This document shows positions 1 through 8,550 of a stretch of DNA of 56,406 nucleotides, piece after piece. The translations under genes were made by a program, and so were the position numbers. The notes beneath the pieces are model-generated. The model was not told the origin of the DNA, did no database searches, and worked only from the letters and a program-made list of their open reading frames with translations. Positions within the stretch are counted from its first letter, which is position 1. Every line of letters begins with the position of its first letter. Location of the stretch: NCBI GenBank assembly GCA_964645245.1, contig CAZYBS010000004.1, positions 1 to 56,406 on the forward strand, written 5' to 3'. This DNA is from an uncultured Candidatus Saccharibacteria bacterium. Its GTDB lineage: Bacteria > Patescibacteriota > Minisyncoccia > Phycocordibacterales > UBA9973.

Positions 1-50
1 ATTGAAAAATTCACTGGCTTTGGCGGCAAATTCTCGCTCTTTGAATTATG

Positions 51-83
51 AAAAAGAAAAACGGTCAGCTTGTGGGCTGACCG
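51..83 (-). terminator. rho-independent terminator closing GC-rich island A
   Basis: Minus-strand hairpin CGGTCAGC/GCTGACCG (62-69/76-83) followed by a T-run (A-run 51-61 on +). Two more hairpins at 85-100 and 108-123. Confidence 0.6.
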
Positions 84-129
84 ACCAACCGATAGGTTGG
101 ATTTGTGCCTTGCGTTTGCAAGGGCTTGA

Positions 130-408
130 TTAGTTCACAGACTTCGGACGGTCAACCGCTGCCTTTCTCTGACCTCCGGAGAAGATGACTTCCATCGCAC
201 GAAGGTCTTTGATGCCTCGACGATCCGTCTCTGCGATCAACTGCCGAATCGTTTCGAGAAACGGTGTATTCGGCAGATGCGTGATTGTGAACACTTCCGT
301 CTCTTCGCCGGTGAGGAAGACATCTTCCTTCGTCTTGAAGTTCTCTGACCCACCCAGCAGGATGACGTAGTGATTGCCGCGGAACAAGTACACGAGCAGA
401 CTAAGCAT
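130..408 (-). CDS. hypothetical protein, island A gene 2 (~92 aa)
   Basis: ORF track 130..435. The internal ATG at 408 is preceded by AGGAGG and overlaps the stop of the upstream ORF (coupled pair). GC-rich codons; no recognisable motif. Confidence 0.45.
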   Translation of the reverse strand: MLSLLVYLFRGNHYVILLGGSENFKTKEDVFLTGEETEVFTITHLPNTPFLETIRQLIAETDRRGIKDLRAMEVIFSGGQRKAAVDRPKSVN

Positions 409-847
409 TGAGTCCTCCTGATGTTGTCGATTCATGTGGGAACGAATGTTGTAGAAAGAACTCCCACGTAACTCCTGGTGGAGCTAGCACGACACACGCC
501 AGCTTCTTCACGAGTACCGCGTAGCGGATCTCGTAACCATCGCTGCGTACGAACCGCAAGTCCTTCGCTTTGAGGATGACGTATCGAAGAGATTTTCCCG
601 CTGTCTCTTGAAGCTGGATCATTTCCTCGCAATCACCATTCTCCGAACTTACGTTGACCCACACAGCGATGTCGTCTGGCAGAGGATCATCTCGAAAAAT
701 CTGCCTTGTCTCCTCACTGTGCTTATTGAGATGAAGTACTCGCACAGGAGTGACAATCGAGTGCCATCTCGGTCTGATTGCGTACAGACCGGGATAGTCC
801 CGAAGAACACTCATTGCCGCTAGATGTCGATGTCTACGTTTTCTCAT
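401..847 (-). CDS. hypothetical protein, island A gene 1 (148 aa)
   Basis: ORF track. GGAGGG lies 7 nt upstream of the ATG, and the 924-952 promoter is upstream. No recognisable family. Confidence 0.45.
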   Translation of the reverse strand: MRKRRHRHLAAMSVLRDYPGLYAIRPRWHSIVTPVRVLHLNKHSEETRQIFRDDPLPDDIAVWVNVSSENGDCEEMIQLQETAGKSLRYVILKAKDLRFVRSDGYEIRYAVLVKKLACVVLAPPGVTWEFFLQHSFPHESTTSGGLNA

Positions 848-923
848 ACCTGAACCCTCCGGTTCTTTGAGGCCCTCCGGCCATCTGGTAGTTCCTGCAA
901 ACGTGATTGTCGCAGGACAGCAA

Positions 924-952
924 ATCTTACCACGAATTAAAAGCTACGTCAA
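924..952 (-). promoter_or_regulatory. sigma70-like promoter driving island A
   Basis: Minus strand reads TTGACG-17 nt-TAAGAT, in AT-rich DNA immediately upstream of the GC-rich segment. Confidence 0.55.
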
Positions 953-1121
953 CAGCAACAAAAAAATCAGCTTTCGCTGAATTAAAAAATCTTATGAAAA
1001 AATTTCTTTTGCTCTTCACGATAAATCCTTTTCCTTTTCGCCAAAAAAGCCCTTTCAAATCCTATGCGAGCGGCGCGTCTCGCGCCGCGAGCTTGCCTCT
1101 GCAAATTTGCATTTTCCCAAC

Positions 1122-1212
1122 TGGCGGAGGAGGTGAGATTCGAACTCACGAACCAGTTGCCTAGTTTCCGCTTTTCAAGAGCGGTGCCTTCAACCACTCG
1201 AGCCACTCCTCC
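1122..1212 (-). tRNA. tRNA-Ser (anticodon TGA), CCA encoded
   Basis: Manual cloverleaf: acceptor GGAGGAG/CTCCTCC, loop CTTGAAA, long variable arm, T-loop TTCGAAT. Close to the E. coli tRNA-Ser pattern. Confidence 0.85.
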
Positions 1213-1265
1213 TTACTTCACTTTCGATGTTATCAAAAAAAGGCTTTTTATGCTAGTCTTTTCTT

Positions 1266-1724
1266 ATGAAAATTCCAGGGAAATTTCTCGGCATTGACTA
1301 TGGCACAAAGAGGGTAGGACTGGCATTATCCGACCAGAATGGGCGGCTGGCTTTTCCGAAGGAAGTGGTGAAGAATAACGGCGAGCTTTTCCGGAAAATA
1401 GGAATTATTCTGTCTAATGAAAAAATTTCGGAGATAGTTGTTGGTGAATCATTTGACTTTACCAATCTGCCGAATGCCTTGATGAAAGAAATAGGTTTTT
1501 TTGTTTCTAAATTGGAGAAAAAATTTAAAATTCCAGTCTATCTTCAGAAAGAATTTTTAACGTCAGTTGAAGCCCGCCGATACTTAAGTTTTGGCGGGCA
1601 AGCCCGGCGTTATGGAAACCCCGAGGAGCACGTAGATGCTTCGGCGGCAGCGCTTATTTTACAGAGGTATTTGGATAAAAAGAATCAACAAAATAATGGC
1701 GGAAATAGCGAGGATGTAATATAA
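1266..1724 (+). CDS. ruvX: Holliday junction resolvase-like nuclease YqgF/RuvX
   Basis: N-terminal GIDYGTKRVGLALSD and C-terminal EAR..GG..VDASAAALILQ pattern typical of YqgF. Confidence 0.85.
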   Translation: MKIPGKFLGIDYGTKRVGLALSDQNGRLAFPKEVVKNNGELFRKIGIILSNEKISEIVVGESFDFTNLPNALMKEIGFFVSKLEKKFKIPVYLQKEFLTSVEARRYLSFGGQARRYGNPEEHVDASAAALILQRYLDKKNQQNNGGNSEDVI

Positions 1725-1731
1725 TGTTGAT

Positions 1732-2823
1732 ATGCCCAGTAATTCATTTAACAGATTTTTCCTCAGATTTTTTCCTGTGCCCAGATTTCTAGCAACACCT
1801 TCTTTCGGTTTAGATATTTCCGATGAATCATTAAAATTTGTAGAGCTTATCAATACAAAGAATGGTATCCGAGTTGGCCGACATGGAGAACGTAATATAC
1901 CGCCGGGGATTATTGAGTCAGGCAAGATTAAAGATTCAAAACGGATGGAGGAAATTTTATTGTCGCTTAGAAAAGAAAAAGGATTAAAATCTGTGCGTGT
2001 TTCTTTGCTGGAAAAACAAGTGTATCTTTTCAAACTTCGATTAGAAAAATCAGGATTAGTGAACATTAGAGAAAACATAGAACTTACCCTAGAGGAGCAT
2101 ATACCAATCTCAGCCCAAGATGCCATCTTTGACTATGAATTACTTAATGAAGATGCCCAGGGTTTAGAGCTTCAAGTTGCTGCTATACCCAAAAATGTAA
2201 TTGAAAGTTATCTCACTATATTTAAACATTCTCAAATATCCGTCCAGTCGTTTGAACTTGAAGCGCAGGCAATTTCCAGAGCGGTTGTTAAAAAGGGCGA
2301 TCTGGAGACTTATATGATTGTGGATTTTGGAGAAAAACGCACCGGCATTTTTATTGTATCTCGCGGTGTTGTGATGTTTACCTCTACTCTGGATGTAGGT
2401 GGAATGATGCTGACCGATATGATTGCCAAGAATTTCAAAATAAGCTTTGCGGAAGCGGAGAAAATGAAAAAGAAATACGGTCTGCAGCGCAATACCGCGA
2501 ATAAAGAAATGTTCTCCGTGCTTTTAAACAGTGTTTCTGTCTTACGTGACGAAGTGGTAAAGCACTTTTTATATTGGTATACGCACAAAGATGAAGAGAG
2601 TAAAGACAATACGATTAAGAAAATAATTCTTTGCGGCGGCGATTCTAACTTAATAGGACTTTCTGACTATTTTTCTGTCAGCATGAAGACTAAGGTGGAA
2701 ATGGCTAATGTTTGGGTTAATATATTAAACACAGAAGATTACGTTCCGGATATAAATTCTAAACAAGCGCTTTCGTTTGCAGCTGCGCTGGGGCTCGCCT
2801 TAGGAGATTTTGACAATAATTGA
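1732..2823 (+). CDS. pilM: type IV pilus assembly ATPase-like protein PilM
   Basis: FGLDISDESLKFVEL start and actin-like fold length (363 aa). Followed by PilN/PilO-like genes. Confidence 0.8.
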   Translation: MPSNSFNRFFLRFFPVPRFLATPSFGLDISDESLKFVELINTKNGIRVGRHGERNIPPGIIESGKIKDSKRMEEILLSLRKEKGLKSVRVSLLEKQVYLFKLRLEKSGLVNIRENIELTLEEHIPISAQDAIFDYELLNEDAQGLELQVAAIPKNVIESYLTIFKHSQISVQSFELEAQAISRAVVKKGDLETYMIVDFGEKRTGIFIVSRGVVMFTSTLDVGGMMLTDMIAKNFKISFAEAEKMKKKYGLQRNTANKEMFSVLLNSVSVLRDEVVKHFLYWYTHKDEESKDNTIKKIILCGGDSNLIGLSDYFSVSMKTKVEMANVWVNILNTEDYVPDINSKQALSFAAALGLALGDFDNN

Positions 2824-2836
2824 CCTTGATTGATTT

Positions 2837-3379
2837 ATGATTAATTTAATTCCAAAGGAAGAAAAGAAAAAAGTGATTAGAGATTCTTACTATAAACTTG
2901 TAATTCTGTTTTTAGTAATGCTTAGCACAGCTATCCTTATCGCTTTTGTCGTAATTCTGCCATCTTATTTTCTTTCGTCTGTGAAAAATAGTATTATTAA
3001 TGTAAAACTAGAAATGCAAAAGAGCGAACCAATGCCCCCGCCTGATCAGCAAACTCTCATAGTAATTAAAAACCTGAATAATAAGCTTACCCTGATTGAA
3101 AATGCCGAAAATAATAAATTTACTATTTCTAGAAAAGTAATAAATGCTATCGTCTTAAAAAAGATGCCGGATATTAAAATTACTGATATTTCCTATGAAA
3201 ATGATCCGTTAAAAGGCAAGAAAATAAGCATAGAAGGAAATGCGCCCTCTCGTGAGGTTTTGCTTTTATTCCGTTTAGCGCTGGAAAATGATAATAACTT
3301 TAAACAGGTTGACCTGCCGATTTCTAATTTTGTCAAAGGCTCCAATATCCAATTTTATTTAAGTCTAATTCCTTCATAA
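2837..3379 (+). CDS. pilN: PilN-like pilus assembly protein
   Basis: MINLIP start, a single N-terminal TM helix, and position after pilM. Confidence 0.65.
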   Translation: MINLIPKEEKKKVIRDSYYKLVILFLVMLSTAILIAFVVILPSYFLSSVKNSIINVKLEMQKSEPMPPPDQQTLIVIKNLNNKLTLIENAENNKFTISRKVINAIVLKKMPDIKITDISYENDPLKGKKISIEGNAPSREVLLLFRLALENDNNFKQVDLPISNFVKGSNIQFYLSLIPS

Positions 3380-3380
3380 T

Positions 3381-3887
3381 ATGCAAAATAACTTTCCAAA
3401 AACACCATTATTCCTTTCTATAATATTCTTTATTTTTTCTTGTTCTGTTTTTTTATATTTTTTAGAGGAAATAAATAATAATAATCAAGAATCGCAACTA
3501 AAAGAAATGGAGTGGCAAACTGAAGCACTTAGACGGTATGAGATAAAAGCGCTTGATCGTTCAATCAAAATAATTGAAGGCGAGAGGGCACAACTGGAAA
3601 CTCATTTCGCAAAAAGTTCCGATATTGTACCCTTTTTGGATACGATTGAAAGATTAGCGCCCCAAGTAGGTACCAAAGCGGAAGTTACTTCGGTCAATGT
3701 TTCAGAAGATCATACTGGGCTCTACGTTGGGATGGAAGCGTCAGGAACTTTTAACGGTCTTTATAAATTTTTAACACTTTTAGAGAATTCTCCGTATGAA
3801 CTGGAGTTTGTTTCCATGGATATAAAAAAAGGATTGGAGTCATGGGAAGCGATTTTAAAAATAAAACTCCTGAGCTTTATAGGGTAA
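3381..3887 (+). CDS. PilO-like pilus assembly protein
   Basis: N-terminal TM helix plus coiled coil; operon position after pilN. Confidence 0.5.
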   Translation: MQNNFPKTPLFLSIIFFIFSCSVFLYFLEEINNNNQESQLKEMEWQTEALRRYEIKALDRSIKIIEGERAQLETHFAKSSDIVPFLDTIERLAPQVGTKAEVTSVNVSEDHTGLYVGMEASGTFNGLYKFLTLLENSPYELEFVSMDIKKGLESWEAILKIKLLSFIG

Positions 3888-3892
3888 AGAAT

Positions 3893-4195
3893 ATGATAAA
3901 ATTTTTCAAAAAAGAAAAGAATTTCAAAAAAGAAAGTTCATTACTTAATTTAAATTTTTACTGGGAGTTAGCTGTCTATTTTGTATTTGTAACGACTCTG
4001 CTATCTTTCTTTTTTGGCTACTATCTTTTCATGCGAATAAATAAAGAACCTGTTTTATCAGCGGGGGGCATTAGCGGGCAAGTTGAAACAGTCAAGAAAG
4101 AAAGAATTGAAAAGGTACTAGAGTATTTTTCTCTACGAAAAGAAAAATCAAATCAAATAATAAATTCGGGACCCGTCGTTGACCCGTCTTTGTAA
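3893..4195 (+). CDS. small membrane protein (pilus operon, unknown)
   Basis: ORF track 3842..4195. The ATG at 3893 avoids overlap with pilO. One TM helix. Confidence 0.4.
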   Translation: MIKFFKKEKNFKKESSLLNLNFYWELAVYFVFVTTLLSFFFGYYLFMRINKEPVLSAGGISGQVETVKKERIEKVLEYFSLRKEKSNQIINSGPVVDPSL

Positions 4196-4198
4196 AAA

Positions 4199-4274
4199 TG
4201 GTGCGCGGTGCAGGACTCGAACCTGCGACCTTCATGGTGTAAACATGTTGCTCTACCAACTGAGCTAACCGCGC
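4199..4274 (-). tRNA. tRNA-Val (anticodon TAC), CCA encoded
   Basis: Acceptor GCGCGGT/ACCGCGC, D-arm GCTCAGTTGGTAGAGC, loop TTTACAC, T-loop TTCGAGT. Confidence 0.85.
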
Positions 4275-4333
4275 ATAGTTACAAATTATCACTTTTATGA
4301 CAATTTTACAAATCAGCTAAACGATAAAACTTG

Positions 4334-4405
4334 TCCTCTCGGAGGGAATCGAACCCCCATTGGAAGGTTAGAAACCTTCTGTTCTATCCATTAAACTACG
4401 AGAGG
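4334..4405 (-). tRNA. tRNA-Arg (anticodon TCT)
   Basis: Acceptor CCTCTCG/CGAGAGG, anticodon stem GAAGG/CCTTC with loop TTTCTAA, T-loop TTCGATT. No encoded CCA. Confidence 0.8.
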
Positions 4406-5079
4406 ATGTCAACACCGAAATACTCCTGTAGACCAAGCTTCCAGCCCATGATTTTTCTGAATAAATTCTTGTCATGAATGATTATAGAGCAGGTTCCATT
4501 GTACAATATATTTTTTCTTTGTCCAAGAGAAGTGGGCTTTATATACGGTTTATAAAATTGGCCTGGCGGAACTTGAGTTATCTTAGACCAGTATTCAATA
4601 ATATCTTCTCTGCAATGTAAAGTATGCATATGGATGTGGATTTTAAATTTTTTTTCAGGTACCCTACAGATCTTTCGGAGCCATTTAATCATTAATAGAA
4701 TCATTTTTTCGTCTGAATTCGCAAATTTGACTGATTCTACTGGATTTTTCGCACCTTCTGCCCAGTAGAGAGCAAGACCGACAAAAAATAACGGATCTTT
4801 GTTAAATGTCTTAACTTCTTTTTTTGCTCTCATAATAATTTCTTCTGTTCTTTTTTTACGATCAGCTACTTTGCTCTTTGCTAGTTCATATCTCATTTTG
4901 TCCATCTTGCCTAGAAGTCTGTTTTTTTGTTCTGTAGTGAGTTCAACCTCTCGTAGCCAAATACTTAGTGTTGACTTAGAAACTTCTATCTTTTTAAGAA
5001 TTTCTTTATAACTTAAACCGTTTTTTCTAAGTTTTAGAGCTAATAACCTCTCTTTGTATTTCATAATAATATTGTACAC
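4396..5079 (-). CDS. HTH plus LAGLIDADG-like homing-endonuclease-like protein
   Basis: N-terminal HTH (GLSYKEILKKIEVSKSTLSIWLRE) and a GLALYWAEGAK dodecapeptide-like motif. The last codons overlap the 5' end of tRNA-Arg. Confidence 0.45.
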   Translation of the reverse strand: MYNIIMKYKERLLALKLRKNGLSYKEILKKIEVSKSTLSIWLREVELTTEQKNRLLGKMDKMRYELAKSKVADRKKRTEEIIMRAKKEVKTFNKDPLFFVGLALYWAEGAKNPVESVKFANSDEKMILLMIKWLRKICRVPEKKFKIHIHMHTLHCREDIIEYWSKITQVPPGQFYKPYIKPTSLGQRKNILYNGTCSIIIHDKNLFRKIMGWKLGLQEYFGVDILS

Positions 5080-5137
5080 TAATGTTTTCTATAATACAAG
5101 TATTGAGGTTCGTTTTATTTGTGTTATAATAACCTAA

Positions 5138-5839
5138 ATGAAGATTAAAATCTTATATGAGGATCCTAATATTCTAGTCATAGATAAACCGTCTGGCATT
5201 TCGGTGCACGCTGATGGTAGGAGCAAGGAGAAAACAATTACTAATTGGGTTTTGAAAAACTATCCAAAAATGGAAAATGTCGGCGAGCCAATAGGAGAAG
5301 TAAAACGCTCTGGTATTGTGCATAGATTAGATAAAGAAACTTCCGGGGTTTTAATTCTGGCTAAAAATAAAAAAGCACATCAATTTTTGAAAAAGCAATT
5401 TATTAATAGGGAAGTCAAGAAAATATATCATTGTGTTGTTTCAGGTTTTGTTAAAAATGACCACGGCGTTATAAACAAGCCGATTGGTCGGAGTCCAAAG
5501 GATTTTCGTCGTCATTTAGCGGGCAGAGGGGCGAGAGGGGCACTGCGTGAGGCCATTACAGAATACAAAGTTCTAAAAAGATTTATTAATAAAAAAGAAA
5601 AATTCACTTATCTGGAAATAAAACCAAAAACTGGCCGGACGCACCAGATTCGTGTGCATATGAAATTCCTAAATCATCCGGTTGTTTGCGATTCGCTGTA
5701 TAGTCCTGGCAAGCCTTGCCCTAAAGGCATAAAACGTTTGGCCCTCCACGCTAAATCTATAGAGTTTAAGAACCTAAATGGTAAAAACATAAAATTAGAG
5801 TCATCCTTGCCCTTGGAGTTTAAAAAAGTGATATTTTAA
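5138..5839 (+). CDS. rluD: RluA-family pseudouridine synthase
   Basis: HRLDKETSGVLILAKN catalytic motif and KTGRTHQIRVH motif. Confidence 0.85.
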   Translation: MKIKILYEDPNILVIDKPSGISVHADGRSKEKTITNWVLKNYPKMENVGEPIGEVKRSGIVHRLDKETSGVLILAKNKKAHQFLKKQFINREVKKIYHCVVSGFVKNDHGVINKPIGRSPKDFRRHLAGRGARGALREAITEYKVLKRFINKKEKFTYLEIKPKTGRTHQIRVHMKFLNHPVVCDSLYSPGKPCPKGIKRLALHAKSIEFKNLNGKNIKLESSLPLEFKKVIF

Positions 5840-5888
5840 CTTTTCTTAAGTTGTTTCCCAAATATTTTTAATATATTTAACGTTTATA

Positions 5889-5917
5889 TTGACAAATAGT
5901 AATAAGTCTGCTATTGT
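5889..5917 (+). promoter_or_regulatory. sigma70-like promoter driving island B
   Basis: TTGACA-17 nt-TATTGT in AT-rich DNA, about 20 nt before the GC-rich segment. GAGGAG SD before the ATG at 5967. Confidence 0.55.
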
Positions 5918-5966
5918 ATAAAGAAAGATTTTCCGTACATCACACTGTCCCTTTGAGGAGACCAGT

Positions 5967-6386
5967 ATGAAACTGATTTTGCTTGCTCTTTGTCTTTTCG
6001 CAGCTACCACCGCCTATGCCCAAGAGGAACCGATCCCACTGGTTTCGGGGAGTGTGTGGCTCGACCTCTTCATAGGTCCGGACGGCGCAGTAGTCTACCC
6101 ACAATACTCGTTCAAGGTGGACGGGTTGCGGATGGTCGTGACAGGCTACGGGTTCTGGGAGAAGGCTCCTGGTGAACCTGACTTCACCAACCACGTCAAC
6201 ACGTTCAACCTGGCACGGCTTCCGTATTTTTCTTTGCGGACGGAAATCGGCGGCCGGGTACGGAAGTTCACAGTCGACACGGCCGCTGGTTCTGTCAGCG
6301 TGCCACCTGCCGGGTTCTTCCAGGCTGGTCCGCAAGCCAACCTGCACCAGGTGTTTCCGCTCAAAGGGATGGATATTACCTGGTAG
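5967..6386 (+). CDS. secreted beta-rich protein, island B ORF1 (139 aa)
   Basis: Gram-negative-type signal peptide MKLILLALCLFAATTAYAQ. Alternating hydrophobic beta-strand pattern; GC-rich. Confidence 0.5.
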   Translation: MKLILLALCLFAATTAYAQEEPIPLVSGSVWLDLFIGPDGAVVYPQYSFKVDGLRMVVTGYGFWEKAPGEPDFTNHVNTFNLARLPYFSLRTEIGGRVRKFTVDTAAGSVSVPPAGFFQAGPQANLHQVFPLKGMDITW

Positions 6387-6643
6387 TGTCTTACTTGCCA
6401 GCCCTGGCTGGCATCCGCCCGAATAACACGATTCTTGCGGGCGGTACGCGGAAATTTGGACTTGGTTCCACTCTGGCGGTCTCCGGGGAAGGCTACCGTC
6501 GCTTCTTTCCGGATGGGGCAGACTACAGTGAGTTCTGGATGTTTGTCGGGGTAGAGCGCATGAAGCACTTCACGCCGGCGGTCTTCATTCTCACTGACGG
6601 AGAGGCGAAGAGCTTCGCCATCGGGGGCAGGTTTTCTCCGTGA
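6386..6643 (+). CDS. island B ORF2 (85 aa): coupled ORF or frameshifted C-terminal half of ORF1
   Basis: The GTG start overlaps the TAG stop of ORF1 (TAGTG). The beta-strand pattern continues and ends in ..FAIGGRFSP. Confidence 0.35.
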   Translation: MSYLPALAGIRPNNTILAGGTRKFGLGSTLAVSGEGYRRFFPDGADYSEFWMFVGVERMKHFTPAVFILTDGEAKSFAIGGRFSP

Positions 6644-6652
6644 AACAAAATC

Positions 6653-6685
6653 GGGCAATCGTTCTCTTAGTGGGAGCGATTGCCC
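6653..6685 (+). terminator. hairpin terminator of island B
   Basis: GGGCAATCG/CGATTGCCC 9-bp stem, 10 nt after the stop. Weak T-tract. Confidence 0.5.
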
Positions 6686-6743
6686 CCACTATTTAGTTTA
6701 TATTTTCTTTGTGAATTAATTGTGGGATAATAAATAGGCATGA

Positions 6744-8522
6744 ATGAAACTAGAAGTTGCCAAAACCCCGAACGAAAGCGAAGCTTCATACGGGGCAGGC
6801 TGCAAAAAAGATATGAGCGATATTAGCGAAAAGAGAATATGTCAGAATTGTCGTGGTGAATTTATAATCGAGCCGGAGGATTTTTCTTTTTACGAAAAAC
6901 TCAAAGTACCGCCGCCGACCTGGTGTCCTGAGTGCCGGATGATTCGGCGCTTCGCTTGCATTAATTGCTGGTCTTTGTTTTATCGGAATTGCGATAAATG
7001 CGGCAAGCGTACGCTCTCCATGTACCCACCCACCCAAAAAATAAATGTCTATTGCCCGCCATGCTGGTGGGGGGATTCTTGGGACGGCACCGAATATGCC
7101 ATGGATTATGATGAAAGCCGGCCGTTTTTAGAACAACTTAGAGAATTGACAGACAAAACTCCTTACATGGCGCTCGAAGCTGATTACCCTACTTTAAAAA
7201 ATTGCGATTACAGTAACGCGCTAGGTTATTGCAAAAATTGCTTTTTAGTGGTTTGGGCGGATAATTGTGAAAATGTTTTCCACTCTTCTATCTTGAACGA
7301 GGATAAAGACATAGCTGACTCTTTATTGGTTTTTAGCTCGGAATTATGTTATGAGTCAAACTGGTTGCACAAATCTTACCGGGTTTTTTATTCGCAGGAT
7401 TGCGATGCGTGCACTGATGTTTGGTTTTCTAGAAATTGTTATGGATGCATGAATTGTGTCGGCTGCGCGAATCTGCGCGGAGCATCGTACTGTATTTTTA
7501 ACGTCAAATATTCAAAAGAAGAATACACAGAAAAATTAAAAGAACTAAAACTAGATACCCGTTCTGGGATAAATGCACTTATAAAAGAAGTAGAAATATT
7601 CTGGAAAAAATTCCCTTACCGTTTCTACCGAGGGGATACATTCAACTTAAACGTGACTGGCGAATATATTCATAAGTCAAAAAACTCGAAAGATATGTAT
7701 ATTGTAGGTTATGCGGAGAATTGCAGGCGCTGCCAACTTATTACCTTTAAGCCCGCCAAAGATTGCATGGACTACTCGGGCTGGGGTCATGGAGCCGAAC
7801 TTATTTATGAATCAGCCAACGTCGGCGTGAAGGTGAGTAATTCAAAGTTCTCCTGCTATTGCTGGCCCGACATAATAAATACGGAATATTGCCTCTTTTG
7901 CACTTCCTCAAAAAACAATTTTGGTTGCGTAAATTTAAAACGTAAAAGCTATAGTATTTTAAACAAGCAGTACAGTAAGGAAGAATACGAAAAGCTCAAA
8001 ACGCAAATTGTCGGGGATATGAAAAATAATCCGTATGTGGATGAACATGGGCGAGCGTGGCCGTACGGAGAGTTTTTCGGGATCGGTTTTTGTAAATTCG
8101 CCTATAATAATTCCAACGCTAATAAATTCTTCCCAAAGACAAAAGAAGAAGCACTGAAGATGGGTTACACTTGGAATGATGAAGAGGAGAAGCAGCCTGA
8201 GGCGACTTTAAATGGCAAAGATTTGCCGGAAACAATAAGCGAAGTGAATGATTCGATTTTAAAAGAAGTTATTTCTTGTACTACTTGTGACAGGAAATAT
8301 AAAATAGCTTCACTGGAATTTGACCTTTTAAGAAAAATGAATATGCCTCTGCCTACTCGGTGCTTAAGATGTCGCGAGAAAGAAATTTTCTCCAGAATAA
8401 ACATACCCGGTCTTTATGATCGAAGGTGTATGAAGTGCGATGTTGATATAAAAACTCCTTATGCGCCCGCTCGGCCGGAAATAGTCTATTGTGAAAAATG
8501 CTATCAGCAGGAATTTGCTTAG
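6744..8522 (+). CDS. large Cys-rich zinc-ribbon repeat protein (unknown function)
   Basis: Many CxxC pairs. The N- and C-terminal ribbons are related (CQNCRGEF..CPEC / CTTCDRKY..CLRC). Start uncertain (6744 or ATG 6813). Confidence 0.6.
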   Translation: MKLEVAKTPNESEASYGAGCKKDMSDISEKRICQNCRGEFIIEPEDFSFYEKLKVPPPTWCPECRMIRRFACINCWSLFYRNCDKCGKRTLSMYPPTQKINVYCPPCWWGDSWDGTEYAMDYDESRPFLEQLRELTDKTPYMALEADYPTLKNCDYSNALGYCKNCFLVVWADNCENVFHSSILNEDKDIADSLLVFSSELCYESNWLHKSYRVFYSQDCDACTDVWFSRNCYGCMNCVGCANLRGASYCIFNVKYSKEEYTEKLKELKLDTRSGINALIKEVEIFWKKFPYRFYRGDTFNLNVTGEYIHKSKNSKDMYIVGYAENCRRCQLITFKPAKDCMDYSGWGHGAELIYESANVGVKVSNSKFSCYCWPDIINTEYCLFCTSSKNNFGCVNLKRKSYSILNKQYSKEEYEKLKTQIVGDMKNNPYVDEHGRAWPYGEFFGIGFCKFAYNNSNANKFFPKTKEEALKMGYTWNDEEEKQPEATLNGKDLPETISEVNDSILKEVISCTTCDRKYKIASLEFDLLRKMNMPLPTRCLRCREKEIFSRINIPGLYDRRCMKCDVDIKTPYAPARPEIVYCEKCYQQEFA

Positions 8523-8550
8523 TTTCTTTTTTTGTGTTAGATTTCTCGCT

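Noticed and set aside
907-1297. ORFs 907..1164, 982..1206 and 1064..1297
   Set aside because: They run through tRNA-Ser and its GC terminator hairpin. The translations are low complexity and there is no SD.
1570-1600. GCCCGCC...GGCGGGC palindrome inside ruvX as another in-frame mobile GC element
   Set aside because: It encodes the EAR....GG segment that is conserved in YqgF proteins generally, so it is native coding sequence. It also lacks the CTTG..AAAA flanks of the repeat family.
5940-6658. Minus-strand ORFs 5940..6347 and 6146..6658, and plus ORFs 5990..6175 and 6172..6426, in island B
   Set aside because: They are antisense or out of frame relative to the signal-peptide-bearing frame. 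They have no start context. Long open frames are expected by chance at this GC content.
7048-7075. TTGCCCGCC..GGTGGGG in the zinc-ribbon gene as a copy of the GC palindrome
   Set aside because: It encodes a functional-looking CPPCWWG Cys motif and the arms do not pair well. It is most likely coincidental.
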